From: Octopus vulgaris
Lineage: Eukaryota
Assembly: GCA_951406725.2 (NCBI GenBank)
Contig: OX597815.1
Coordinates: forward strand, 212,660,001-212,724,000
DNA: 64,000 bases
Direction: 5' to 3'
The notes below the pieces were generated by a model that did not search any database, was not told where the DNA came from, and saw only the letters and a list, made by a program, of their open reading frames with translations. The number at the start of each line of letters is the position of its first letter. The first letter of the stretch is position 1. Positions 51,544 through 64,000 of the stretch are shown here, in pieces. The position numbers and the translations under genes were made by a program.

Positions 51544-53119
51544 AATATTAGGTTCTTTAAATAAATTCTATCATACTTTGTATCAAATTATGAAAGTATT
51601 AAGTACGGGTGTGTGAAATGATTTACTGTTAGTCATCACTTATTACATATTAAGTCATCATCATCATCCTCATCAAACATCCATTTTCCATGCTGGCATG
51701 GGTTGGACGGTTTGACCAGAGATGATAAGGCCAGGGACCACTCCAGGTTCCATTGTTCTGGCATAATTTCTATAGCTGGATGTCTTTTCTGCGACACCAG
51801 AACCTGTGGTTTTTTATGTAGCACCAGCATGAGAGTTTCTTTTTATGTGACACCACAACTACGGGTTTTAAAGTGGCACAGCACCTTTTATGTGACACCA
51901 GCTCCAGTACTTTTTATGTGACACCACAACTAGGGCTTTTAAAGTGGCACCTGCACTTTTTATGTGGATTCAGCACCATTATCAATTCTGTTATGACACA
52001 TGGGTTTCCATGAGTACAGCAAGATGTCAAATAAGGTCGTTATTTTTTTTTATTTCATAGTAACTATTTTATGAACTCCAGATGGATGAAGCCAATAAGT
52101 TAACCCTTTTTATACCAACCCACCTGAAACTACCTGTGGTTCTATGATACAAAGATCCTGCTTTAAAGTGGTCTACATTAAAATCTTGCATCACAATTCC
52201 TGTTAACTTATGTTGTAAATTATGTTTAATTATGGTAAGGATATTTTAAGAAATTCTGCATTATTCTCAAAATTAATTGAAATAAAGGCTGTGTATTCCA
52301 GCAGAAATATAGCAACAAAAGGGGTTGAGCAAGTGCCATTTAAACACAGAACTAGTGTGCCATTAAACGAGATAAAATCAACATCTCCACAATCTCAGAC
52401 CAATGAAGAATAGTAGTCAAACCTCTTACTAGCAACACCCTACAAGCTTAAAAAAGGAAGGACACAGTAGATAATGTAAGGCAACCATGGTAAAAATGTA
52501 TTTGATCCTAAGTCTATCTTGATCAGGAGTGACCTGCGCTAAACAACAGCAACTCAGTCACCATTTATGGCTGTCAACAGTTTCAATTATGTATTACATC
52601 TAAAATGTAAAACTAATACTTCATATTATTTAAAACAATTAATGATGTTCCTGCAAATAAGACTAAAAACAAATATTCAAATGTAATTTTTTTTTTTTTT
52701 TTTTTGTAAGAAATACAAGAGAAAATTTTAAGTACTTTTTCATTCAAACTTAAACTTAACTAGTCAACAGGTGACCTCTACAGAGTAGCAATCTCGAAGA
52801 TACCTGCCAAATCTCACTCAAATTACATCTTGCAATTTAAAAAAAGGAAGAACACATCAATGTTGGGTAGAGTTAATCAGAAGAGAAAGGGCAGCACCCA
52901 TGCCCTGAGTAGGGCCTTGGAGATTGGTGGAACGGAACAGAAAAAAAACCATGACATTAGGAACAAGTGATATGACGAGCATTTCTGTAGTTTCCATTTA
53001 CTCAATTTCACTCACAATGGATTGAGTAAATCCAAGGCAATGACAGAAGACACTTTTCCAAGGTGTCGTGGCAAGGAATCAAAACTGTAATCATGTGATT
53101 GCAAAAGAAGCATCTTAAG

Positions 53120-53183
53120 CATATGCCATACCTGCATATGTCATACCTGCATATGTCATACCTGCATATGTCATATCTGCATG
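53120..53183. repeat. 15-bp tandem repeat, 4 copies
   Basis: (GCATATGTCATACCT)n at the end of a decayed SINE A. Confidence 0.85.
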
Positions 53184-56100
53184 CAGGTAGAAAATAATTC
53201 ATGAAATCAAGACGACAGATGGTCACAATTGGAATGTCTACTAAACAACTGGAACTTAGCTTGTATATTAAGACTTAATAGAGCAACAAACAACCAAACA
53301 GAATCATCTTAGAGACTAGATAATGTGTCTGGGTGATTACGGCTAAATTTCCTCATATCACACAAAAATTCAAGATTCAATATAAATCAAAAGTTTGTTT
53401 TCAATCAATTCACACCAATGCAAACATCCTTTGATCTCTTTCTCGCCAGTGAAGACTGCTTTTTTTTGTTGTTTTTTTGGTAGTGCAACAACGCCAATTC
53501 AAGCTGACGTTGATCATCCCTCTACCCAGCTTATTGACTTCCACCAGACTTGCATGTGCCAGATATAATTTTATGAAAAGAAGTAATTGAGAAAAGGATG
53601 CAAAGTTCGTAAGCTACAGAGCTCACACATAAATTAAAATCAGGTGAACTAAAAATTAGAAGTAAATTATTCCCAACCACACGGTTCCAGTTCCACTCCC
53701 ACTGCATGGTACCTTGGGCAAGTGTCTTCTATTTTAACCCCAAGCCAACCAAAGTTTCAGGTGTGATTTGGTAGACAGAAACTGAAAGAAGCCTATCTCA
53801 TATGTACACATATTTATATGCATGTGAGTATTACTGTTTCCTTGCCTTGACACCATGTGACAGTTGTAAACAAGCATCACCACCATACAAGTTGTGTCCT
53901 CCATTTCCAATCTTCTGTGAAAACATGTCCGATCATTGGAAATATTAATTACTTCATTTGGAAACAGGTGAGGATTGGTAACAGAGAGGGCATCCAGCTA
54001 TAGAAAACCTGTCTCAACCAATTACATCTAACCCATACAAGCACAGAGGGGTGGATAGTATGACGATGATATTCATGATGTTTCTATTTTCTATTTTATT
54101 ATTTTATGGAAAAGAGGGAACAAATAAGAGATCATGGTCAGTTTTCATTTGCATTTAGGTTATACAACAAATGCTGAAGATGAAGTATTGGGATTTTCGA
54201 TAATGATTAGCGAATGTTTTACAGCAAATAGAAGACGTTAAAAGATATGGCACAAAAATAATGGAATAACACTAGAGAAAATGACTATAGTTTATGAATG
54301 AGTCACAAAAGTGCAGAACATTTAGAATAAGTTAATGAAGCACAGTTAATTAACTCAATGATATATAATCATCAATAATGAGGAGAATCACGTTAAGCCT
54401 AAAATGATAAAATTCGTTTAGCATGGCGCTGATATGCAGGAAATGCGATGTACCCAGCGGCCTATTTTAGAAGTCCCTGGAGAAAATAAGAGAAGACTTA
54501 TTAAAGCTAGATTTAATAATATATGATAGATAAAAGTAATGAAAATAATTTGCTCAATTCAGTGTGTAAAGGGAAACTGTATCCTGTCTGCTATCATCAA
54601 TGACATACAATATGTATTTTCCATGTTGGCACAAGTCTGCTAAAGAGAATCTCAACAACTGTCACAACATTTTGTTATCTCATTGTCAAGACCCAGCATC
54701 TTGGGGATCTGACCCCAACACTTCTTCTTATGCTTTTCCTTTTCTTTTTCTTTTTCTTTTTGCATTGTGTGACAGCTTGGGTGAATACCTTCTGCTACAG
54801 CCCTGGAAGTTAATCAAAGCCTTGAGAATGGATTTGGTTAACAAAGACTGAATGAAATCCATTGTGTGTGTGTGATACATCCGCATGTGTCATTGCCCCC
54901 AACTACCACTTATAGCCAGTGTCGGTTTGTTTACATCTTCGTAACTTTCAGCAAAGTGCCAGATTGAAAAATAAGTACTCGTGTCAGTTTGTTCGACTAA
55001 ACCCTAAAAGGCAGTGTCCCAGTATGGCCACAGTCCAATGACCGAAACTAGTAAAAAGTGAAAAAAAAAGTCAATACAAGAATACCCCAAATTTGATCAT
55101 TTCAAGTTGAATCTTAAAAAAATCACTTAAAAACCAATACTGATATAAACATCATCATCATCGTTTAACGTCCGTTTTCCATGCTGGCAGAGGTTGGATG
55201 GTTCAACCGGGGTCTGGGAAGCCAGGAGGCTGCACCAGGCTCCAGTCTGATCTGGCAGTGTTTCTACAGCTGGATGGCCTTCCTAACACCAACCACTCCG
55301 TGAGTGTAGTGGGTGCTTTTTACGCGCCACCGGCACAGGTGCCAGTCAAGGCAGCACTGGCATCGGCCACGTGCGGATGGTGCTAAGCTAATAAACTTTT
55401 TAAAATTGTTTTTCATGCTATGTCAGTTTTTGAGTTAAGATGCTTGTCTTGGAACCACGTATTGAACAATGATTATTGAATGATTGTCACCAATTAGTGT
55501 TGTGTCAAACACATAAATGCAAACAGGGAAATAATTCTGCATACACACACATAACCTGAGGTATATCCAAAAATAGGACATGGAAATTTTTCACTAAATA
55601 CTCCATAGCTATTCACATTACCTGTCCAAAGCCAGCAAATTCATCTCACCTACTCAGACCAGCTGATGCCTTCAAAAGCTCAGCTGTTCTATCACATCAC
55701 TTGTGTTCTGCAGTTTTATGCAAATTAATTATGTATATTCAATAAATCAATATTGATTTCAAATTTTGGCACAATGCCAGCAATTTCAGGAAAGGGGCTA
55801 AGTCTGTTACATCAACCCCAGTGTTCGACTGGTACTTATTTTATCAACTCCCAAAGCATGAAAGGCAAAGTCGACTTCAGTGGAATTTGAACACAGAACG
55901 TAAGACCAGACGAAATACCACTAAGCATTTGGTGTACTAACAATTCTGCCAGCTCCCCACCTTAGTCAATAAACTGATACTAACTCGTAGCTCTACAGCT
56001 TCCACAAAGCTTCCACATTTAAAACCCTGGTTTCACTCATTACTATGCAGCTCCATGCATCTTGTACACGATGCACATGACCCACCTTATAGAAAGACTG

Positions 56101-56554
56101 AGAAATCATTTGTTGCTAACTAAAGCAACAACTCACTCCACCCCTTTCTTACTCTACCACTGCAGCTAATTAGAGTCACATGGATAACAAAAGACATCAA
56201 CGACATAGCAAGCCAGCTAAGTAGTTCATAGTCTTCATTTCACAAGCGTTGCTCCTACTCAAACTGCACTTGTGATCTCAGTAATCTTATGTATAACCTT
56301 TGTATTGATACATGCAAAGCAGTTTATCTGATAAGTCAATATAATAAACCATCTCGTGAGTTAAAACTTAGATAGGCTTTTTAAAACATTTACAAAAGTA
56401 ACATCTGTACAAGTACAGGCATGGCTGTGGGAGCTAAGAAATTTGCTTCACAACCACATGGTTCTAGGTTCAATTTGACTGTGCAGCACTTTTGAGGAGT
56501 GCCTTCTGCTATAACCTCAAATTAATTGATATCTTGGAGTAGTATTTAGTAGGC

Positions 56555-56905
56555 AGTGAATTGCAAGACAATATGTGAGAGAAAATGGTGATGTCATAGC
56601 ATTAGGAAATGGCATCCAGCTGTAGAAACTCTGCCAGATCACGATTGAAGCCTGGTGCAGCCATCTGGTTTGCCAGCCCTCGGTCAAATCGTCCAACCCA
56701 TGCCAGCATGGAAAGCAGACGTTAAACGATGATGATGATGATGGAAGAGAAATGTGTTTGCATGGATGATGGCTCACTTGCATTTAATGATGCTGCAAAG
56801 AAAGAGACTTGGAGAAGCCACTATGAAAGGTTGCTAAATCAAGAGAATGAACGGGAGAAAGAGTTTGCCAAATGTTGATCCAACTGAGGGACCAGCTATC
56901 CAAAT
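56555..56905 (+). pseudogene. RTE LINE fragment interrupted by a family D tail (about 56600-56742)
   Basis: IARQYVRENGDVI / EKCVCMDDGSLAFNDAAKKETWRSHYERLLNQENE...PNVDPTEGPAI. Confidence 0.7.
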
Positions 56906-57977
56906 AGTGTCACTCAGTGGGACAGAACCCAGAACCATACAACTGAGAAGTAAGCTTCTTGCCACACAGCCGTGCCTGCCTGATGTATATTTGCATTGTT
57001 GATAAGAAAGATCAAACCAATTCCTTGCTTATGCTTTCAAAATCTGAATTTTAGTTCAGACTAACTTCCCAATATAGTAACCATGCGGGTTGGATTTTGT
57101 ATTTTTCTAGTGCAGCTAAAATACTAGCATATGCAATTATTTCCAGTGACTTACTACAGACACCTAATTTTTTAATTCATAATTCTAATTTGGGAGGGAA
57201 CTGATATTCTGAATAAGCACCATATAAACGGAGATGACTCAACACATTTTGAAAAGAGAGAAAATATTTATGACTTGCAATTGAGAGAGAGAGAGACAAA
57301 GCTAATGAGAGAGAAACAGAAAGAATCTCAAGTGCAAGAGAAAATTATAACAGAAAAAAGCTTGTATTCACTATAATAATAACAACCAGTGTCAAACATT
57401 TAAAATTGTCTATAAACAACATTGAAATTTAGCATGCCAAAAGTCTAATTTAGTTGGCATGCTGACAAGGGCAACAATAATCAAAACAGAAATTACATTC
57501 AACTAAACTGGAAGCAAGCTAGGCAGAACATTCTCTGAAAGACTTATTCTTTGACTGAAATGGCTGACACATTATTGGAGATGACCTCAGGTACCTTTGT
57601 TACATCTTAGACATAGAGATCAAGTACTACTAATAAACTAAATACCAACCCTTTCTAATGAATTACAGCTACTCATTCTGTTGTTCCCAGAAGAAATATA
57701 GAAACAGCTTGGCTGAATGGTTAAGAAGTTCACTTTATTATCATCAAGTCTATGGTTCAATCCCACTGCAAGGCACCTTGGACAAGCTTTTACCAAAGCC
57801 TCAAAAACGAAAGTGAGTAGACAGAAACTATGTAGTAGCTTGACAAAGGGATTGTACCTGAAATTTAGCCATTTTGATACCAACTTGTCTGAAACCATTC
57901 TTAGTCTTATGATACAAATTCCCTCTTTTAAAATGTTTTCAATTAAAACACTTTGCCAAAATGTAATTGTTTATTTA

Positions 57978-58320
57978 AGTCATCCTAACGAGACGTCTGC
58001 GTTGGCTGGGTCATGCCCTCTGTCGTCAACCAGGAGAATTCATCTACAAAGCAATTGCCCCAGCTCCCCTTCAGGGTTGGCGAAAGCGATGTGGTGGACA
58101 ATGAAATGCCTGGCTGATGAGTCATGGCTGATCTGGAACCCAACATAGGCCCCCATATCTAAGGCGTTCGCCGCTAGAATAGGGAGTGGCTGGAGATTAC
58201 GCGGTCATTAGCCTCAAATCGCCAGGCCTGGTCGGCCTTTGTGAGAGACGTAGCATTGAGGATGAATGAAGCCAGCTCAACCCACCTCGGGTGAATGCTG
58301 TCTCAAGACAAGAAGAGAAG
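57978..58320 (+). mobile_element. 5'-truncated RTE LINE inserted in a TTAA MITE (about 57868-58444)
   Basis: TRRLRWLGHALCRQ...GWRKRCGGQ; CAAG-type tail; 13-bp TSD AATTGTTTATTTA at 57965-57977 and 58321-58333; short tail of the same family at about 43570-43620. Confidence 0.85.
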
Positions 58321-59678
58321 AATTGTTTATTTATGTTTCAAACACTAGTTTAATAATGACAAAATTATCTTACTAAATTCTTCGTTATCTTCAAAATTAA
58401 TTGTAAAAACAGTTTATTTCAAAAGAAATATGGTAACAAAAGTGTTAAAAGGTCCAATCTTGCTATTGTGGCACGCTGATTCTGCTTGAGAATTTACACT
58501 AAGGGTGCAGATGTCTGTGGAATATTCAGACATTTACACATTAATTCACTAAACAGGCATTTCATTTGATCAAACATCTGAATAATAATTTTAAGAAAAT
58601 TTTAGGAAAAATAAAAATCAGAAATAAGTGAAAATTTTACCAGTGAGTGTGTTACATTATAAGGCACAAAAAGAAAATGACTCTCCCCAGACACAACAGA
58701 ATCTGAATAATCATTATTGAAACCAATAATCAATATAGAAAGAACTGCAACAGATGATTAATATGCAATCAACAAAAACATGTCCTCGAAATTCTGTTGA
58801 GAAGAAGGAAGAAAAGATCAAGCTTCGGATAAAAAATATATCAATGAAAAGCTAGATTAGCATTTGGCTAAGTTAGTATTAACATATTTAGTGCTAGAAA
58901 CCATTAACCCTTTTGATACCAACCCACCTGAGACTGCTCTTGGTTCTATAGCTACAAACTTCCTGTTTTAAATTGATCTAAATTAAAACTTTCCAGTCAG
59001 GGGACACTATAGAGGTTCCCCACATCTATATCGTTCTCCAGTCTGTTATCATACAATCACAGATTTACGGTGACCATAGCATAGATTTAATAAATGAGAA
59101 ACTGTCTGGAATTCTCTAGAAGTGGTTACCAACATAGTGTAGTAGAATTTGAAACTTATTGTTGCTATTTTGGTAAGTACATGTGGGTTTTGTATTTGTT
59201 TGGATCAGATGCAAAGTTAGGCTGTTTAGCCCCAGGGGACAAGAAGGACATTCAGCTGTAGAAAACCTGCCTCAAAGAATTCCATTGAACTCATGGAAGC
59301 ATAGAAAAGATGAGCTTAAAACGATGATGATTATTCAATATGTTCCATTTATTTTTAACATAGTAGAGATGGTAGAGAGATTTGGTCATTATTTCTAGCA
59401 GACAAAGAAGCTGCACAGTGGTTCTCCCAATGTGCTCAGTAATTCTGAAGTGTTGCTAATGAGTGAGTCTACACATTTGCAGATGACGGAGGTGGTGGTG
59501 AACTTAACAGAAGAACTTCTGTGTTAATAAACCACTGAGAGATGGTAACTATAAATAGGAAGAGAATTTCAAGACATCTCCACCAATATTTTCCGTTTGA
59601 ACAATAAAAATCACTGAGGAGGAAGAAGTATAATTACATTTTAATAGAGAAAAATGCTCTTTCTACATTTGAAAACAA

Positions 59679-60791
<1,113 letters not shown>

Positions 60792-61333
60792 TTACTTTAA
60801 AGTTATTCTTGCAAATAATTTTCATTAAATTAAAATAAGGGTTGTTGGCAACTATACCAATATTCTACAGACTTGACTACACTCAACTATTTATGTATGA
60901 ATGCATAAACTTAAATAGTCTCCATTAAAACTTAGTTGTAGCTGAAAAACTACAGCAGCTCATCTGCATAAATAAATAAATAAAACTTGTATTTATGCCA
61001 AAAAGCTGTTCATAAGTAAAGCAAAAGTACTTTAAAACCATCCATAAATCGTTATCAGTACCCAATGGAACTTAGGAGAAATTATAATAAGCTTAAATAA
61101 ACAGAAGTACAGACATTATGCTAAAAGTTTTAATTAGCAGAGAAAATTATTCATGACTCTACTTTAGGAACTATCATGGTTAACGACTGTAGGTTTTATG
61201 GTAATGAAGTTACAGTTGGCTTTCTTTAAATGCTTTTATCTGAAAACCTAGTGAAACTGCCCTGAAAGAATATAATGATAAATGCTCAGAATAGCCAAAT
61301 TATTACTGCATTTATCACTAATAATTACTTTTT

Positions 61334-62104
61334 AATGTTATTATCAGTCCGAATATGCCTGATGCACATTTGAACTGAGGAACAAGCTAAACTGAGTAGC
61401 TTTTTCCCCAGTTTGAACATGCATCAAGCATATTCGGACTGATAATCATCATCATCGGTTAACGTCCGCTTTCCATGCTAGCATGGGTTGAACGATTTTG
61501 ACTGAGGGCTGGCGAACCAGATGGCTGCACCAGGCTCCAATCTTAATCTGGCAGAGGTTCTACAGCTGGATGCCCTTCCTAACACCAACCACTCCGAGAG
61601 TGTAGTGGGTGCTTTTACGTGCCACCAGCACAGGTGCCAGTAAGGCGACGTTGGTAATGATCACGCTCGAATGGTGCCCTTTTACGTGCCACGACACGGG
61701 GGCCAGTCAGGATGCAATTTCACTGATTACTGCTTAGTACTCCCCCTCCATAAATTACTTACGGTAAGCCGCTGTATAGTACTACCAGTCATTGCACGGT
61801 GACTGGAAAAGCATAAGAGAAGCAATCTCTTCAATCAGCTCATAGTGTCATCTGACTGGTGTCTGTGATCGATGAAGAGATAACTATTCCGAAATGCTAG
61901 CATCTTGCAGTCTAGGTTGGTGGTACTGCAGCTGAACTAGGCATATACCACACCATTTGTCAACAAGCGAGATATATTCTCCGTGACAAAACACAGCGAG
62001 TAGCTTGTTCTCCAGTTTGAACATGCATCAGGCATATTCAGACTGATGATAACATTACAATTTTACACATCACTGCTTAGCACTTTTCCACCATAAATTA
62101 CTTT
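61334..62104. repeat. composite of an inverted copy and two direct copies of a repeat of about 110 bp around a spacer of about 240 bp
   Basis: GAGTAGCTT...GAACATGCATCARGCATATTCRGACTGAT at 61394 and 61998; inverted copy at about 61334-61390; first direct copy interrupted by family D (61445-61712). Confidence 0.75.
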
Positions 62105-62206
62105 TTAATAAGTCTGTTTGCTATTTGCAACATCAGTGCTTGAATGGTCACTGAAATTCCATATATTGCTGATAATGAGATTTGGTTTTATGCAGCTACC
62201 AGAGAT

Positions 62207-62252
62207 CTGCCACTGAAGAGTCAGGGTATGTTGAAATCATGTGATATGGCAG
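62207..62252 (+). ncRNA. type I hammerhead motif, slightly decayed
   Basis: CUGCCA-CUGAAGA-GUCA gggua UGUU-GAAA-UCAUGUGA-UA-UGGCAG: perfect 6-bp stem I, intact core, weak stem II, near-palindromic stem III, AUA triplet. Confidence 0.68.
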
Positions 62253-63124
62253 TTCCAGTACCCATAGCAGACAAGTCTTGTCTGCCAGCAATAGAAATGT
62301 GTGTTCTTTTATGCACCATATGTCCAATATGAGAGATCCTCTCAAGGTAAATAACACAGTAGTCAACACTAACAATACATCTATAATAATAAATGCAAAA
62401 GCTAGTGTCAGTGTGTCGCACTTTTTCAAATTTACTCCTCCAACCCCCTCTCTCACTATTCAATGACACTTCTACTATTCCTCATGCTTTACCTCTCTTT
62501 CACTATTCAATGACTCTTACTATTCTTCATTCTTGGTTTTTCTTTAATCCTAACATTTTGAAAAAAATATTTCTCTAGATATTACAACTATTTCCAAAAT
62601 AAACATTTTGAAAAATATCTTTCTCTAGATATTATAACTGCATCAAGTAATTTAACCATAACACATACTTCATAATGTCAGAACTAAAATACATATTGAA
62701 CTCACTCTCTCATACAATATTACCTCTCATAACTCTCTACCATAAAAACGTTGGAAATTTAGTATTTTTCATATATTAATAAAATTTGTCGGACCTATTT
62801 TCATGCTGTCAGAGCTATGGAAACTTAGCGCACTCCGACTGCATGAAAATAAATTCGATTAATTCTATGATCGCCTTAAAAAATACAAATTTTAAACATC
62901 TTTATGGTCAAATACGATTATAACAATTTCAAACCATAAAAATCGCACTTTAAAATAGTGTTTAGCGACAGTGGTGTAACTTTCCTTCCAACTACAAACA
63001 GGAGTTTAGGTATGTACCAGCTACTACAAATAATTGTTAGTATGAAAAGTAAGGCCCTATGTACATCAAATTATCTTTAAATTAAGTGGCGGCAGAAGAA
63101 TGATCAAACTAGGTAAGATTATTG

Positions 63125-63395
63125 TTGCCTGAGGCCAGCTATATGTTGGTCGTTCAAGGGTAGGGAATGGAAACAGGCCATTTGTACTGATTCTGAATAG
63201 GAAGACCAAAAAATGCTTATCATGCAGCTTTGCAAGTTGACAAATTATATCATTGCTTGAAAAATATTGTTCAAATTTAATAAAATTTAAGATGTACTCA
63301 AAGCATGAAGTGCCATTGTTGGGCCCAAGGCCCAATGAAGAGCCCTCCACAGGAGCTAGCTTAAAATCCTTTCTATTGGGCGGCTTTTAAGCTAG
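63125..63395 (+). mobile_element. Helitron 3' relic with the RepHel (PIF1-like helicase) C-terminus
   Basis: GQLYVGRSRVGNGNRPFVL...KTK resembles the HGQLYV..SRV helicase motif; ends in an inverted repeat and CTAG|T. Confidence 0.72.
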
Positions 63396-63673
63396 TTAAC
63401 AATAAGTTGGACATAAAGATTGCCTTTTGGTATTAATACTGCTTCTATCACCAATAGTTTATTTATATATATCAACATCATTTATCATCATCATCATCGT
63501 CGTTTAACGTCCATTTTCCACGCTAGCATGGGTTGGACGGTTCAAACGGGGTCTGGGAAGCCAGGGGCTGCACCAGGCTGCAGTCTGATCTGGCAGTGTT
63601 TCTACAGCTGGATGCCCTTCCTAACGCCAACCACTCCACAAGTGTAGTATATATATATATATATATATATATA

Positions 63674-63906
63674 CTTTACTTTGTTTATCTCCCCTACTTT
63701 TTCGCTCTCCTGTGTGACCCTTCTGTCCAGCAGTCGCCACTACACACGTTTTTTCTCTCCTTGTGTTTTTTTCTGTGTCCCTTCCTGTAGAAGAGCGTAG
63801 ACTCGAAACATAAAAGACTTTTTCTATTCCTGAGCGTTATACTAATACATCTGTTTGTTTTGTACACCACCTGTCTTCGTCTTTTGTTTTTTTTCATGAA
63901 CTCTCC
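63674..63906 (+). mobile_element. (TA)n-embedded cassette with a degenerate hammerhead (63781-63816)
   Basis: CUGUAGA-A-GAGC guag ACUC-GAAA-CA-UA-AAAG; downstream CTGAGCGT...TAATAC shared with the 4185-4388 cassette. Confidence 0.6.
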
Positions 63907-64000
63907 TATATATATATATATCATCATCATCATTTTGCATCCGCTTTCCGTGCTAGCATGGGTTGGACAGTTCAACTGGGGTCTGGGAAGCCAGAAGGCT

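Overview
AT-rich eukaryotic DNA, about half interspersed repeats and microsatellites, with no convincing intact protein-coding gene. It reads as intronic or intergenic sequence, and the repeat mix looks like an octopus (cephalopod) genome; that assignment is inference from recognising the repeats. Four short retroposon families dominate, labelled A-D here: A, B and C have tRNA-like A/B-box heads, and D ends in (GAT)n. Also present: TTAA piggyBac-type MITEs, hAT MITEs with 8-bp TSDs, non-autonomous Helitrons, and decayed RTE, CR1, mariner and Helitron helicase coding relics. Nearly all ORFs in the track are artefacts of these repeats. The most interesting signal is a set of type I hammerhead-ribozyme motifs. 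An essentially intact one with an unusually long stem II (4554-4644) sits back-to-back with a second on the opposite strand (4278-4314), both in small non-coding cassettes inside (TA)n tracts. Further copies of varying decay lie at 38824, 62207 and 63781. Together they suggest several families of Penelope-derived or retrozyme-like self-cleaving mini-retroelements. Other notable structures are a 174-bp SINE concatemer, a 57-bp-arm hairpin followed by a 26-bp palindromic minisatellite, long inverted repeats and a 566-bp tandem duplication. All coordinates and folds were read by eye.
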